DNA of 64,000 bases, from contig OY760907.1 of assembly GCA_963664195.1 (NCBI GenBank), positions 512,001 through 576,000 of the forward strand. Reading direction: 5' to 3'. The notes under the pieces were generated by a model. That model was not told where the DNA came from and did no database searches. It saw nothing but the letters and a program-made list of their open reading frames with translations. A program made the position numbers and the translations under genes. Shown piece after piece: positions 1-9,064 of this stretch. Position 1 is the first letter of the stretch; every line of letters starts with the position of its first letter. The stretch comes from an uncultured candidate division Zixibacteria bacterium. Its GTDB lineage: Bacteria; Zixibacteria; MSB-5A5; GN15; FEB-12.

Positions 1-100
1 GCTTCAGACATGGGAGCTTGCGAAAATCACCGACAACATTGCACTGTTTCAACACGAACACGAAAAAGACACGCTCCGGCTCTATGAGGCTACGCAGTAA
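1..100 (+). CDS. 3' end of a gene entering the window (possibly a PilP/GspC-like assembly protein)
   Basis: Open frame from nt 2 (LQTWELAKITDNIALFQHEHEKDTLRLYEATQ*) ends in TAA at 98-100 and overlaps the next start. Function guessed from context. Confidence 0.45.
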   Translation, partial: LQTWELAKITDNIALFQHEHEKDTLRLYEATQ

Positions 101-1454
101 GCTACAGAATCAATCAGGTTCGGTACTGGCCACCGTGCTCCTGGTGTTGGTCATTCTGCTGGCAGTATTCCTCTCGGCAATGACCTACGCCCTATCCCGG
201 TACGGCCATCACGCCGGAAACCAGAACCTGCTGATAGCATCCCATTTGTCAGAGGCAGGTATCCCTCACGCGATCAATCAACTGAGTCGCGAGGGAATCG
301 GTTTCGACTCCAGCACTTACGAAGCACCCAATGGCGGAGACATTGCAACAGAGGTCCACCCCTGGGGACCATACTTGCTTGTCATATCCAGAGGCACACT
401 CGGCAGCAAATCGGTGACGACGTCTGCCGTGATTGGTTCAGTGCCTTCTGATCTCTTCCGAGCGGCGGTCACGCTCTGCGAAGAAAACTCACCTCTCACA
501 GTCGCCGGTCACACACGAGTTGTGGGAGATATCAATACAGGTCACTTGGGGGTAGTTCGGGGACGATTTCGTGGCGAAGGCATTCCCGAGGAGAGTTTCC
601 ACACCGGTGTCAGTCGGGAGTTTTCCAGACTCGATGTACCGGAAATCGACACGGTCATTCTGAACTCCTATTACGACAACCTGAAAGACCGCAGACGAAG
701 CGTACAGAGTCGTCTATCCGGATCGGTTCTCCTCGGTCCGGAGGACACACAGTACTTCGAAAACGTATCGAGTACCAAGATTGAGAACAACCTTGACATC
801 AAGGGGTTGTCCGCAAGTAGATTCGACCAAATCTCCTCTCTATTCGCCCGAGGATCGATTGAGATAACCGGCAACTCGCGCATTTCAGGCACAATCGAGT
901 TGGTGTCCGACCGACACATTGATTTGCGTGACTCAGCAACTGTCGACGGCGCGATTCTCTGGGCAGAGGACTCGATAGTCATTTGCGATTACGCCAGATT
1001 CAGCGGCATTGCCATCTCTCCTGGCAAGATCATCATCCGGGATGAAGCCAGTCTGGCTTATCCGGCTCTGGTATTGGCCGATCTCCCCGAATCCTCACAG
1101 GACGAGGAATCGGGACTGCAGATATCTAGTCGTGGCCTACTGGAGGCTGTGTGTATAGTACGACACGACCCCGACATAGCCGAGAGCCGTGAGCGCCTAC
1201 TCTATCTTGACACCGCCTGTATCTTCACCGGCTTTCTGATATCAGCAGGACAGTGTGACATCCGTGGCAGAGTCGCAGGCTCGATTGTCACCGAGCAATT
1301 CCACTACGACTTCCCCCCTACTACCTATGTGAACTGGCTCAAGGGCGTTCACGTCAATCGACAATGGCTGGATTACCTACCGACGCTGCCGATCACGGCA
1401 ACTTCAGACAGTTCAGCGCGGTACGGGATTGTCCGGCAGGATCGGGTGCAGTGA
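84..1454 (+). CDS. PilX/GspK-like minor pilin with large repeat-like C-terminal domain
   Basis: ATG at 84; prepilin-like QSG|SVLATVLLVLVILL lacking Glu5, as in PilX/GspK; first gene of the prepilin cluster. Confidence 0.7.
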   Translation: MRLRSKLQNQSGSVLATVLLVLVILLAVFLSAMTYALSRYGHHAGNQNLLIASHLSEAGIPHAINQLSREGIGFDSSTYEAPNGGDIATEVHPWGPYLLVISRGTLGSKSVTTSAVIGSVPSDLFRAAVTLCEENSPLTVAGHTRVVGDINTGHLGVVRGRFRGEGIPEESFHTGVSREFSRLDVPEIDTVILNSYYDNLKDRRRSVQSRLSGSVLLGPEDTQYFENVSSTKIENNLDIKGLSASRFDQISSLFARGSIEITGNSRISGTIELVSDRHIDLRDSATVDGAILWAEDSIVICDYARFSGIAISPGKIIIRDEASLAYPALVLADLPESSQDEESGLQISSRGLLEAVCIVRHDPDIAESRERLLYLDTACIFTGFLISAGQCDIRGRVAGSIVTEQFHYDFPPTTYVNWLKGVHVNRQWLDYLPTLPITATSDSSARYGIVRQDRVQ

Positions 1455-1816
1455 TGACGAAGCTTAGATCACAACAGGCCGGATTCACGCTCGTGGAAGT
1501 GCTTATCGCCGCGGTGATATTCATGGTGGGGTTTTCGATCCTGATCGGTCTGCTCAACAGCAGTCTCAACAAGTTCTCGATCAAGGAGATGCAACTGGCC
1601 AACAACCTGGCTCGTTCGACAATGACCTCAACCCTGGCAATGGCCGATACTGCTTTCCTAGACTCAGTTGTCGAGAGGTCAAACATCTCGTTTCGCGTCC
1701 GACGGTCAGTAGAAATTGGCGACGGACTCGCCAGCGTGCTCGTCACGGTTAGTAGAGAGAAGAACAACAAGAAGATCATTGAGTTGTACAATGCGTTTCT
1801 CATTGCTCACGAGTGA
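1454..1816 (+). CDS. Prepilin-type minor pilin (PilV/GspI-like)
   Basis: MTKLRSQQAG|FTLVEVLIAAVIF N-methylation motif; start overlaps the upstream stop (GTGATG). Confidence 0.85.
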   Translation: MTKLRSQQAGFTLVEVLIAAVIFMVGFSILIGLLNSSLNKFSIKEMQLANNLARSTMTSTLAMADTAFLDSVVERSNISFRVRRSVEIGDGLASVLVTVSREKNNKKIIELYNAFLIAHE

Positions 1817-2345
1817 AAAGGGCTTCACGCTCATGGAGTTGATCGTCGCCCTCGGATTGGTGACTCTGCTGCTCGTGCTAGTGGTTACCGGCAGTATTTT
1901 TGTGGAACGGTTCGTGCATGACTGGTCCGACCGCGACAAACTGACCGAGGAACTGATCTTCATAGGTCAGGAACTGATCCCAAAACTGGAGCGCTCTCAG
2001 AAGATTCACGTTTCTTCCGACAGTCTCGTATTCACTTCTGGCGACCTGCGCACGACAACCATCTTCGTTGACTCCGGCATCCTGCATCGCAACAGCCAAC
2101 CCATCTCACGGGCAGGGATGCGAGTGGAGACACTGACGGTCACGCGATTGATCTTGCCAGAAGACTCCAGTCTTGTTAACTTAGACAATAGGCCCTCCGG
2201 TCTGTACACTCTGACAGTAGTCTTGTCCGACTCGCGGGGGAACATTGATACACTTCGAACGACAGTACGAAACGGTTATGAATACTTCAAATACTCACAA
2301 GCGCAAACGCTCCCGGTTCAACAACAAGGGATTCTCACTGATTGA
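1791..2345 (+). CDS. Prepilin-type minor pilin (PilW/GspJ-like)
   Basis: SEKG|FTLMELIVALGL motif; ATG at 1791. Confidence 0.85.
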   Translation: MRFSLLTSEKGFTLMELIVALGLVTLLLVLVVTGSIFVERFVHDWSDRDKLTEELIFIGQELIPKLERSQKIHVSSDSLVFTSGDLRTTTIFVDSGILHRNSQPISRAGMRVETLTVTRLILPEDSSLVNLDNRPSGLYTLTVVLSDSRGNIDTLRTTVRNGYEYFKYSQAQTLPVQQQGILTD

Positions 2346-2736
2346 ACTGTTGATTGTGTTGGTGATAATCGCAATTCTTGCAGGATTGGCGATTCCCAAG
2401 TACATGCAGTCGACGGTCAAGGCCAAACAGGCAGAGGCTCAGGGGATACTGAACCAGATCTACATGTTGGAACGGTCGTACTTCCAACGGTACGACCAAT
2501 ACTGGATACCGGCTGCTGGAACCGAGGCCTCCGGCACGGCACCTTTTGCTTTTGACACACTCGGCGTGGAGATAATGACTTCGTCGCGGTACCGGTACGT
2601 CATAACCGGCGATCTGGACCACTTCGTTGCAACCGCCACAGCAGAGCGTTTGGACGATGACCCGGCAATAGACCAGTGGCAAATCGACCAAACCGGCACC
2701 CTCACAGTCATAATCGACGACGCAATAGCCAGATAG
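2278..2736 (+). CDS. Type IV pilin (PilA/PilE-like)
   Basis: NKG|FSLIELLIVLVIIAILAGLAIPKY...AKQAEA; C-terminal W-x-I-D-x-x-G typical of PilE-like pilins. Confidence 0.9.
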   Translation: MNTSNTHKRKRSRFNNKGFSLIELLIVLVIIAILAGLAIPKYMQSTVKAKQAEAQGILNQIYMLERSYFQRYDQYWIPAAGTEASGTAPFAFDTLGVEIMTSSRYRYVITGDLDHFVATATAERLDDDPAIDQWQIDQTGTLTVIIDDAIAR

Positions 2737-2939
2737 GGCAACGGCATCAGGCTCAAACCATGAGTAGCTGCCACTTGAGGACTTTCAGCGGCCAGCTCCA
2801 GATTGAGCAGAGCAAGCGTCCTCATGACCAGCGACCAAGACGATTCCCCTGTATCTTCTAAGGATTACCTCCGACCTTCCGATCTCTACACACTAGGGCC
2901 TATCAAGCGGCAAACGGCCAGACATCGTGTTAGGGGATT

Positions 2940-3083
2940 ATGGAGAACGGAAGCGAGCCAAGAACCGACCGTGGTCTGAGAGACAACAAGGACTTCCTCC
3001 GTGTTGAGTTACTTGTTGTTCCGGTTGCCATTCTCATTGTCGCAAGCCTATTGCTCCTCTTCGGGCCATTCTCAGTCAGATAG
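2940..3083 (+). CDS. 47-aa membrane peptide with a degenerate prepilin motif (possible pilin remnant)
   Basis: Not in the ORF track. AGGGGA upstream; MENGSEPRTDRGLRDNKD|FLRVELLVVPVAILIVASLLLLFGPFSVR*. Confidence 0.35.
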   Translation: MENGSEPRTDRGLRDNKDFLRVELLVVPVAILIVASLLLLFGPFSVR

Positions 3084-3513
3084 CGCAGCTCACCCACATG
3101 GCAGCATTGGAGCAATGACCTACGCGAGATGGACCGGCCTTGCTTGAAATGGTCTCCAGTCAGCCATGAATTTGAGGAGTCATTCACTCCTTCCAAGGGA
3201 GGCAGGGATTCGCCGAGTAGTGTTTTGGGCATGTTCTTGTGGTGCAGCAACATGCGTACAATTGCCTGATTTATATAGATTTAGTTGTTTTTGCCTGGAT
3301 TCACTTGGTTAAACTTACTTCAAGTTTCTTGCACTTGGTTGTTAGAAGATCGTTAGAAAGCAAGGGACGCGTGGGCGTGACTCTCGGCAACTGGACGATG
3401 TAGCGAAGAGCATAGCGGGAGGCAGACATCCGGTCCGTCTCCCGCTACACACTCACCTACCCCTTTCGATATACCTGACCTCAGTAGCCTTCAGCACCTC
3501 GGACTGCCACACG

Positions 3514-4035
3514 TCATGGCAACCTTGGATTCCACTGAAAGTGCATATGGAGAAAACGACAAACCGAAAAGGCCAACATCCCAACTATGATCCCAAAGGA
3601 GATCCACGCCCATCTTCGCCTAATCTTGGCTGGCAGCTTGTCGCATTCTTTGAAGTAATTGAGGTACTTGCCGTGTCGCCATAACAGCAGATAGTTCAGG
3701 ACATAGCTGGTCGCAGCTATTGCCACACCATGGAGCTTGCCCAAGTGGAACTGAGGATTGATCTCTGCGATGTACAGAAGCACCAAACCTAAGCCCACCA
3801 ATCCAACAAGCCCGGCCAAGAGACCACCCGCCCAAATGGTATTGATCCCGGTATCAGGATTCTCCATATTCTGTTCTATCTCTTGGAAAATGTTCCTCCC
3901 CCGGCGACTGAAGTAGTTTCTGAAGAACCGAGTTCTGTAGACAAACGTCACAGGGTTCACCGCCAGTGTAAGACGCTGTGCCTTAGTGACACTCACATAT
4001 ACGAAATAGTGTACAATGTTCCAAACTCGCTCCAT
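3514..4035 (-). CDS. Hypothetical multi-pass membrane protein
   Basis: ATG at 4035 preceded by GAGGA; three hydrophobic segments. Confidence 0.65.
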   Translation of the reverse strand: MERVWNIVHYFVYVSVTKAQRLTLAVNPVTFVYRTRFFRNYFSRRGRNIFQEIEQNMENPDTGINTIWAGGLLAGLVGLVGLGLVLLYIAEINPQFHLGKLHGVAIAATSYVLNYLLLWRHGKYLNYFKECDKLPAKIRRRWAWISFGIIVGMLAFSVCRFLHMHFQWNPRLP

Positions 4036-4070
4036 ATCTATCCTCGATTCTTGCATACAGCGGCAATTCC

Positions 4071-4098
4071 GTGGGCGGCAGACGCCCTCGTCTGCCCC
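4071..4098. repeat. REP-like palindrome family C (GTGGGCGGCAGACGCCCTCGTCTGCC)
   Basis: Near-identical copies at about 38140 and 51659, a partial copy at 51912 and a variant at about 36217. Confidence 0.75.
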
Positions 4099-4295
4099 TG
4101 GTCCGAAGAGACTGCCTACAATCATACCGGCTTTTGCCAGCCGCATCGCCCCCCGGGTTTCTAGTGGTCGCTTGATTGTCACACATCCCTCCCGTATCAC
4201 CGAGTGAATCTGATTGGTCTAAGATCGCCTTCAAAATACACAATTGCGGGTGATTGTCAATCGGGAAACGAATCCCCCAGAGGTGGAACCCTGGT

Positions 4296-4525
4296 GGTCA
4301 CAAAAGGGGCGAGTACGGCTATCTCCCACCCGAGGCACGGGTTGGCCACCGGAGGTCCACAAAGGGGAGAACGCGGTTGTCCCCCACCCGAGGCACGGGT
4401 TGGCCACCGGAGGTCCACAAAGGGGAGAACGCGGCTGTCCCCCACCCGAGGCACGGGTTGGCCACCGGAGGTCCACAAAAGGGAGAACGCGGCTATCTCC
4501 CACCCGAGGCACGGGTTGGCCACCG
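4296..4525. repeat. Tandem array of a 58-bp hairpin-containing unit (4 core copies)
   Basis: CCCACCCGAGGCACGGGTTGGCCACCG starts at 4325, 4383, 4441 and 4499; the linkers are almost identical. Confidence 0.92.
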
Positions 4526-4572
4526 AACGGACGGCAAGCTGCAAACTCGCATGTAATGGAAGACAAAACAAG

Positions 4573-4658
4573 CGGAGAGGTAGGGATTCGAACCCTAGAT
4601 ACTCAAAGAGTATAACGGTTTTCGAGACCGCCGCTTTCGACCACTCAGCCACCTCTCC
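4573..4658 (-). tRNA. tRNA-Ser (anticodon CGA)
   Basis: GGAGAGG acceptor stem, GCGGT-CTCGAAA-ACCGT anticodon arm, long variable arm, GGTTCGAATCC T-loop; CCA not encoded. Confidence 0.95.
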
Positions 4659-4834
4659 GTCTAAAATCGATGGCACCCGAATGCACCTGCATTAAACACG
4701 GCTCATCCGGGCTGATCTTGAGCACAAAATCTAACAAAAATCGAACCGATGTAAAGCTGTTTTTGGGCTGAGTGCGTTTTCGTCATCAAGATAGGATGAA
4801 AACCGGGTGGTCCGGGCCGGGAATCAGTTCAACT

Positions 4835-5377
4835 CTAAAGCAGGCCGTGGCTGTGCTCGGTGAGTTTCCCCTGCTCAACCAACTCTTCCTGCGCTGCGAT
4901 CAGTTTCCGAACCGATCCGTAGCGCGGGCGTACCACCTGGAAGACCAGAAACGAAAGGATCACAAAGACCGCACACTCCTGAAATCTGCCGGTGAGCAGG
5001 AAATAGACAAATCCCCAGACCGAAATTGAGGTCGTCAGCAGGAATAGCTTGCGGGAGAAAGCAATCAGCGTCATTAGCAGATCCCGCTCGAACGTCTTCT
5101 CACTGTGGATCATCGGTTCCTGGAACCGTTTATTGCGCCACCATACCGCCAGGCCGCTCTCGGCCACCGCGAACGCAGCAAACACGTAGAAAAGCGCGTT
5201 GGCCATAGAGGGAATGCGGTTCTCGACGAAATAGTTGTTGTTAGCATAGTAGCACAAAAACAGGATTGCCGCCGGCAACATGACGTTCAGCACCATGCCG
5301 AAATACAGCGGTTTTGCCACCAGCGAGGTGACGTCGTACTTATCCCCGGATGTATCTTCGTTTCTCATACTGTTCAC
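4835..5377 (-). CDS. Hypothetical 4-TM membrane protein
   Basis: Four hydrophobic helices; start overlaps the upstream stop; architecture similar to its neighbour. Confidence 0.75.
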   Translation of the reverse strand: MNSMRNEDTSGDKYDVTSLVAKPLYFGMVLNVMLPAAILFLCYYANNNYFVENRIPSMANALFYVFAAFAVAESGLAVWWRNKRFQEPMIHSEKTFERDLLMTLIAFSRKLFLLTTSISVWGFVYFLLTGRFQECAVFVILSFLVFQVVRPRYGSVRKLIAAQEELVEQGKLTEHSHGLL

Positions 5378-5826
5378 ACTTTCTTGAGGAACTGCTCGTA
5401 GCGATCGCGTCGCGGCCAGTAGACGGCGGACCAGATCGCGCCGATCGGGTAGAACCAGAGCATTTGTATCATATCACCGGTCAGCACGTACACTACCAGA
5501 CCGTAGATGTATATCGCCTCGACAATGGCCAGTTTGATGATCGAGACGCTGCGGAACAACTGGTCGGGTGACATCTGCGACTGACTGTTGGTCTTGAACG
5601 TCTTGACCTGGAACCGTTCGATGAGCGGCAAAAACGCCGGCTCGACCATCGCAATGAATAACAGAATATAGACAATTAGCAGCGACTCGCCCGCCGTATC
5701 AAGGCTTTCTATGTTCAGGAATTGGGCGACAATCAGGATGATCAGCGGGAAACCGATCAACATGGCAAAAGCGAGAAGCCGGACAATCTTGAACTCTCCC
5801 CCGTTTCGAATACTGCCAATACTCAA
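5374..5826 (-). CDS. Hypothetical 4-TM membrane protein
   Basis: Hydrophobic helices with EAIYIYGLV...WPRR; coupled to the tadA stop. Confidence 0.75.
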   Translation of the reverse strand: MSIGSIRNGGEFKIVRLLAFAMLIGFPLIILIVAQFLNIESLDTAGESLLIVYILLFIAMVEPAFLPLIERFQVKTFKTNSQSQMSPDQLFRSVSIIKLAIVEAIYIYGLVVYVLTGDMIQMLWFYPIGAIWSAVYWPRRDRYEQFLKKV

Positions 5827-6299
5827 TTGATCTTCTCCTTGCTCCCGCGAACCTGACGGAAAAACGACTTCATCAAGGCCGCGATTTCATCTTCCATGAC
5901 ACCCGAGACGATTTCGATCCGATGGTTCAATCTGGGTTCGGTCGGGATGGCGAATATCGAGCCGCAACCTCCGAATTTCGGGTCGCGCGCCCCGTAGACA
6001 ATCGTCTTGATCCGCGACAACACAGCCGCCCCGGCACACATGGTGCAGGGTTCAAGGGTCGAAAAGAGATAGCAGTTTTCGAGCCGCCAATCGCCGAAAT
6101 GCTTGTAAGCGGCACTCAGCGCGATTATCTCGGCGTGAGCGGTAGCATCGTGCATGGATTCGGTCAGATTGTGTCCCCGTCCGATGACCCGGTTATCGAA
6201 TACGACAATCGCGCCCACCGGGACCTCGTCACGCTCAAACGCCATTTCGGCCTGCTGGTAAGCGAGGTTCATGTATCTTTGATATAGCTCTGGATCCAT
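5823..6299 (-). CDS. tadA: tRNA adenosine(34) deaminase
   Basis: EVPVGA, HAE, TLEPCTMCAGA and DPKFG motifs; ATG at 6299. Confidence 0.93.
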   Translation of the reverse strand: MDPELYQRYMNLAYQQAEMAFERDEVPVGAIVVFDNRVIGRGHNLTESMHDATAHAEIIALSAAYKHFGDWRLENCYLFSTLEPCTMCAGAAVLSRIKTIVYGARDPKFGGCGSIFAIPTEPRLNHRIEIVSGVMEDEIAALMKSFFRQVRGSKEKIN

Positions 6300-6378
6300 G
6301 GCGCTAATATAGAGAGTGGTCGATTGAAGAGCACGGTTTTTTTGTGGAGTGAATGGACGGGTGCGAGTATAAAGAGAC

Positions 6379-7230
6379 ATGACACTATCAAGAGCGCTAA
6401 TTCAATCGATCGTCCTGTCTCTCGTGCTCGCACTGTCTGCGAATAGCCAGACGGTCGTTCACCCGTGGTTCGAGGAATCAACGAACGAAGACCGCGAGGT
6501 CGTCGCCGATATCGCCGCTCCCGCAGAATTCGGGCTGACCAAGACTGCTGACGATTCGTTCGCCAATTGGTTGGGGCAGCTTCCGCTGAAACCGGAGAGC
6601 ACGCGGGCTCGGCTGTTCGACGGGAGACTCAAACCCTACCCGGCAGCGGTTTATCGGGTGGTTGATATCGATGTCGGCGAGCGTGACTTGCAACAGTGTG
6701 CCGATGCGGTCATGCGGCTGCGAAGCGAGTATTTCTGGCACCGGACACAATACGACTCAATTGCCTTCAATTTCACCAGCGGGGACCGTGCGAAGTATGT
6801 CGACTGGCGCGAGGGCATCCGGCCGAAAGTGAACGGCAACGAAGTAACATGGCAGAAGACGGCTGAGGCCGATTCATCGTACAAGAATTTCCGCAAGTAT
6901 CTGGAAACAGTCTTCATGTACGCCGGGACGTATTCGCTGGCCAAAGAGATGAAGTCGGTAGAACATCCTGAGGATGTGCGGATCGGCGACATTTTCATCC
7001 GGGGGGGATTTCCGGGACATACGGTGATCGTGGTCGGGTTGGCGTCGGATTCCGCAAGTGGCAAGAAGGCGATACTGCTGGCTCAGGGATTCACACCCGC
7101 CCAGGATATTCATGTGTTGACGAATCTCAACGACGGCAGCATGAATCCGTGGTATCTGGTAGAGCCGAACAATCGGCTGCGCACGCCTGAGTGGACGTTC
7201 GACTGGTCGGATTTGAAGCGGTTTGAGTAG
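6379..7230 (+). CDS. DUF4846-family exported protein
   Basis: Signal peptide; DLQQCADAVMRLRSEY, YAGTYSL, GGFPGH and PAQDIHVL motifs. Confidence 0.85.
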   Translation: MTLSRALIQSIVLSLVLALSANSQTVVHPWFEESTNEDREVVADIAAPAEFGLTKTADDSFANWLGQLPLKPESTRARLFDGRLKPYPAAVYRVVDIDVGERDLQQCADAVMRLRSEYFWHRTQYDSIAFNFTSGDRAKYVDWREGIRPKVNGNEVTWQKTAEADSSYKNFRKYLETVFMYAGTYSLAKEMKSVEHPEDVRIGDIFIRGGFPGHTVIVVGLASDSASGKKAILLAQGFTPAQDIHVLTNLNDGSMNPWYLVEPNNRLRTPEWTFDWSDLKRFE

Positions 7231-7274
7231 TAGGCGCTGCCGATCCCATAGATCGAGCTCTGACAGACAATCGA

Positions 7275-7298
7275 GTCACACTGAGCTTGTCGAAGTGT
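7275..7298. repeat. REP-like family D (GTCACACTGAGCTTGTCGAAGTG)
   Basis: Related copies at about 51865-51887 and, inverted, at 54470-54494. Confidence 0.6.
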
Positions 7299-7323
7299 AG
7301 GCCACTCGATTGGCTATTCTCGT

Positions 7324-7695
7324 CTATTCGGGTTCGACCCTACTGCCTGAATCCCTTTTCACGAACCAGATTATTGCCAATACCACCGCATAGCATAGCA
7401 CCACGCTGAGAAGGGCCGCACCAACTCCGTAGGTGTCCCAAGATGCCACGAAAAGAACGTTCGTCGCCAGAGCACCAGGGATGTTTAAGAGCAAGGAAAC
7501 GCCCCAAAGGACTTCCGGTATGCCTCCTAGCAACTGATCAAGTGGAAACACCGGAATGAGTATCCAAATAGGGATAGACCAGAGGACAGCAGAAAGAGCA
7601 GCGTCTTCCAAGAGTCGCCTGTTCTTCCGGCGTGTTTCATCACCCAAAAGATCGGTCTTGCTCCAAGGTCCGTTCATACGAGCAATCATGGCCAT
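7324..7695 (-). CDS. Hypothetical membrane protein
   Basis: Three hydrophobic segments; start uncertain. Confidence 0.45.
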   Translation of the reverse strand: MAMIARMNGPWSKTDLLGDETRRKNRRLLEDAALSAVLWSIPIWILIPVFPLDQLLGGIPEVLWGVSLLLNIPGALATNVLFVASWDTYGVGAALLSVVLCYAVVLAIIWFVKRDSGSRVEPE

Positions 7696-7784
7696 GCAAG
7701 TGACAGCAACTCTCTTAGTACCTGTCTCTTGTCCCAAACAGAACCACTCTGACAGCGATCAGCATCAAGGCGTCCGCCCAGAAG

Positions 7785-7829
7785 ACCGCTGCGCGGGCAA
7801 TCGCAGGTCTGAAGACAGACCTTCGCTAC
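7785..7829. repeat. REP-like family B (GTAGCGCAGGTCTGTCTTCAGACCTGC)
   Basis: Near-identical block at 36250-36294 and an inverted variant at 21387-21413; GTAG foot plus hairpin. Confidence 0.8.
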
Positions 7830-7847
7830 AAGAGTTGCTGACAACCG

Positions 7848-8207
7848 CTATTCGGGTTCTGCCCTACTCTCCTCGTCCTCTTCCTCAGGCGTAGGCCCTT
7901 TCTTTTCAGTCGTTGGCTTTGGCGTTTCGAGCATCTTCCGAAGCGGCGTAAACAAGAACAACACCAGCACTAATCCCGGAACGAAAATCGGCAGATACTG
8001 AATCGGGATCGGCACGTTTTCGCTCGGTTCAGCCGGAGCGGGATCGGTCGGATCGCCATGCTTGAGCCAGCCACCGTTGCCGTCGGGAAGCCAGCGATCT
8101 TCGCCCTCAAGGAACCCGTACGAAGGACCGTACACCGCGTGCAACGCCAGCGACAGGGCCAGATAGAGAACGATAATCGCAACGAGCAGGTAGATTTGTT
8201 TTTTCAT
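7848..8207 (-). CDS. Hypothetical 2-TM membrane protein
   Basis: Two TM helices around an EDRW...GGWLKHGDP loop. Confidence 0.7.
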   Translation of the reverse strand: MKKQIYLLVAIIVLYLALSLALHAVYGPSYGFLEGEDRWLPDGNGGWLKHGDPTDPAPAEPSENVPIPIQYLPIFVPGLVLVLFLFTPLRKMLETPKPTTEKKGPTPEEEDEESRAEPE

Positions 8208-8356
8208 ACTGCGATTGTAGGGCGGCGCCGGACGGTTGTCAACCGTTTGATACGCGAGCCATTTGTAAGTTGCCCAAAGCAGCCAATCTCCATATCGTTT
8301 CGCATTATGTGGACCCGGCTACGGGCAGGAATTTGAATCGAAGGAGAGTGTGTCTC

Positions 8357-8914
8357 ATGGCAGAAAAAAAGAACCTCACGACGCAACCAGCACTGATCGG
8401 CAACAAAGTGTACCTTCGCCCCGCCACCGCCGAAGATGTCGCCAACACGTACCACTGGTTCCTACTGAGCGACCCGTCGTCGATGACCTGCCGTCCGCTG
8501 ACCGTCAACACAGCTGCGGAGGCTGCCGAGGCATACAAAAAAGCCGAGCGGTCGCCTGACCGACAATTGTTCATGGTCGTTCGCAAGAAAGACAACGTGC
8601 CGGTGGGGAAAATCCGATTCTTCGATCTCAACAACCTCAACCGATCGGCCGAACTCGGCCTGCTTGTCGATCCGGACGAGCAGCAAAAAGGGTTCGGAGC
8701 AGAAGCGCTCGAAATCCTCTGCGAGTATCTCTTTGCATCCCGAGGACTCAACAAAGTCTACGCCCAGACCGGGTCGTTCAACGACGGCGCCAAAGCCCTG
8801 CTTGAATCGGCGGATTTCAAGCTCGATGGAACTCTCCGTCGACACTATTTCTATAAAGGTGAATATCACGACGGCCTCATTTACTCGCTGTTGGCATACG
8901 AATTCGGGAGGTAG
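8357..8914 (+). CDS. GNAT N-acetyltransferase, RimJ/RimL/SpeG type
   Basis: AAGGAG RBS; VYLRP, SAELGL, QQKGFG, GLNKV and FKLDG...GEYHD motifs. Confidence 0.88.
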   Translation: MAEKKNLTTQPALIGNKVYLRPATAEDVANTYHWFLLSDPSSMTCRPLTVNTAAEAAEAYKKAERSPDRQLFMVVRKKDNVPVGKIRFFDLNNLNRSAELGLLVDPDEQQKGFGAEALEILCEYLFASRGLNKVYAQTGSFNDGAKALLESADFKLDGTLRRHYFYKGEYHDGLIYSLLAYEFGR

Positions 8915-8922
8915 GCGTCTCT

Positions 8923-8949
8923 GTCGAAACTGCAGGAGTCTCGACCTAC
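8923..8949. repeat. REP-like family A (GTAGGTCGAAAC-N7-GTTTCGAC)
   Basis: Copies or variants at 11121, 21510, 51934, 52800, 54511 and 59345. Confidence 0.85.
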
Positions 8950-9028
8950 AAGTTGCAGGGCGGTACGACCGGGTTGGTTTCGACCTACAAGGGCGGTGAA
9001 ATGATTCGGGAAAAACTTTCGTACCGCC

Positions 9029-9056
9029 GTAACCGGATCTAAGCCTGGAGCGTCTT
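9029..9056 (+). promoter_or_regulatory. ECF-type promoter (GTAACC-N16-CGTCTT), probably autoregulatory
   Basis: AAC -35 and CGT -10 consensus, ending 8 nt before the ECF sigma ATG. Confidence 0.55.
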
Positions 9057-9064
9057 AGCAGAGA

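Noticed and set aside
2930..3253. 107-aa minus-strand ORF
   Set aside because: Not protein-like; the plus-strand 47-aa ORF has better RBS and motif support.
4296..4525. CRISPR array
   Set aside because: The segments between the repeats are nearly identical rather than unique spacers, and no cas genes are present.
4204..4695. Several overlapping ORFs across the repeat and tRNA
   Set aside because: They arise from the GC-rich tandem repeat and overlap the tRNA gene.
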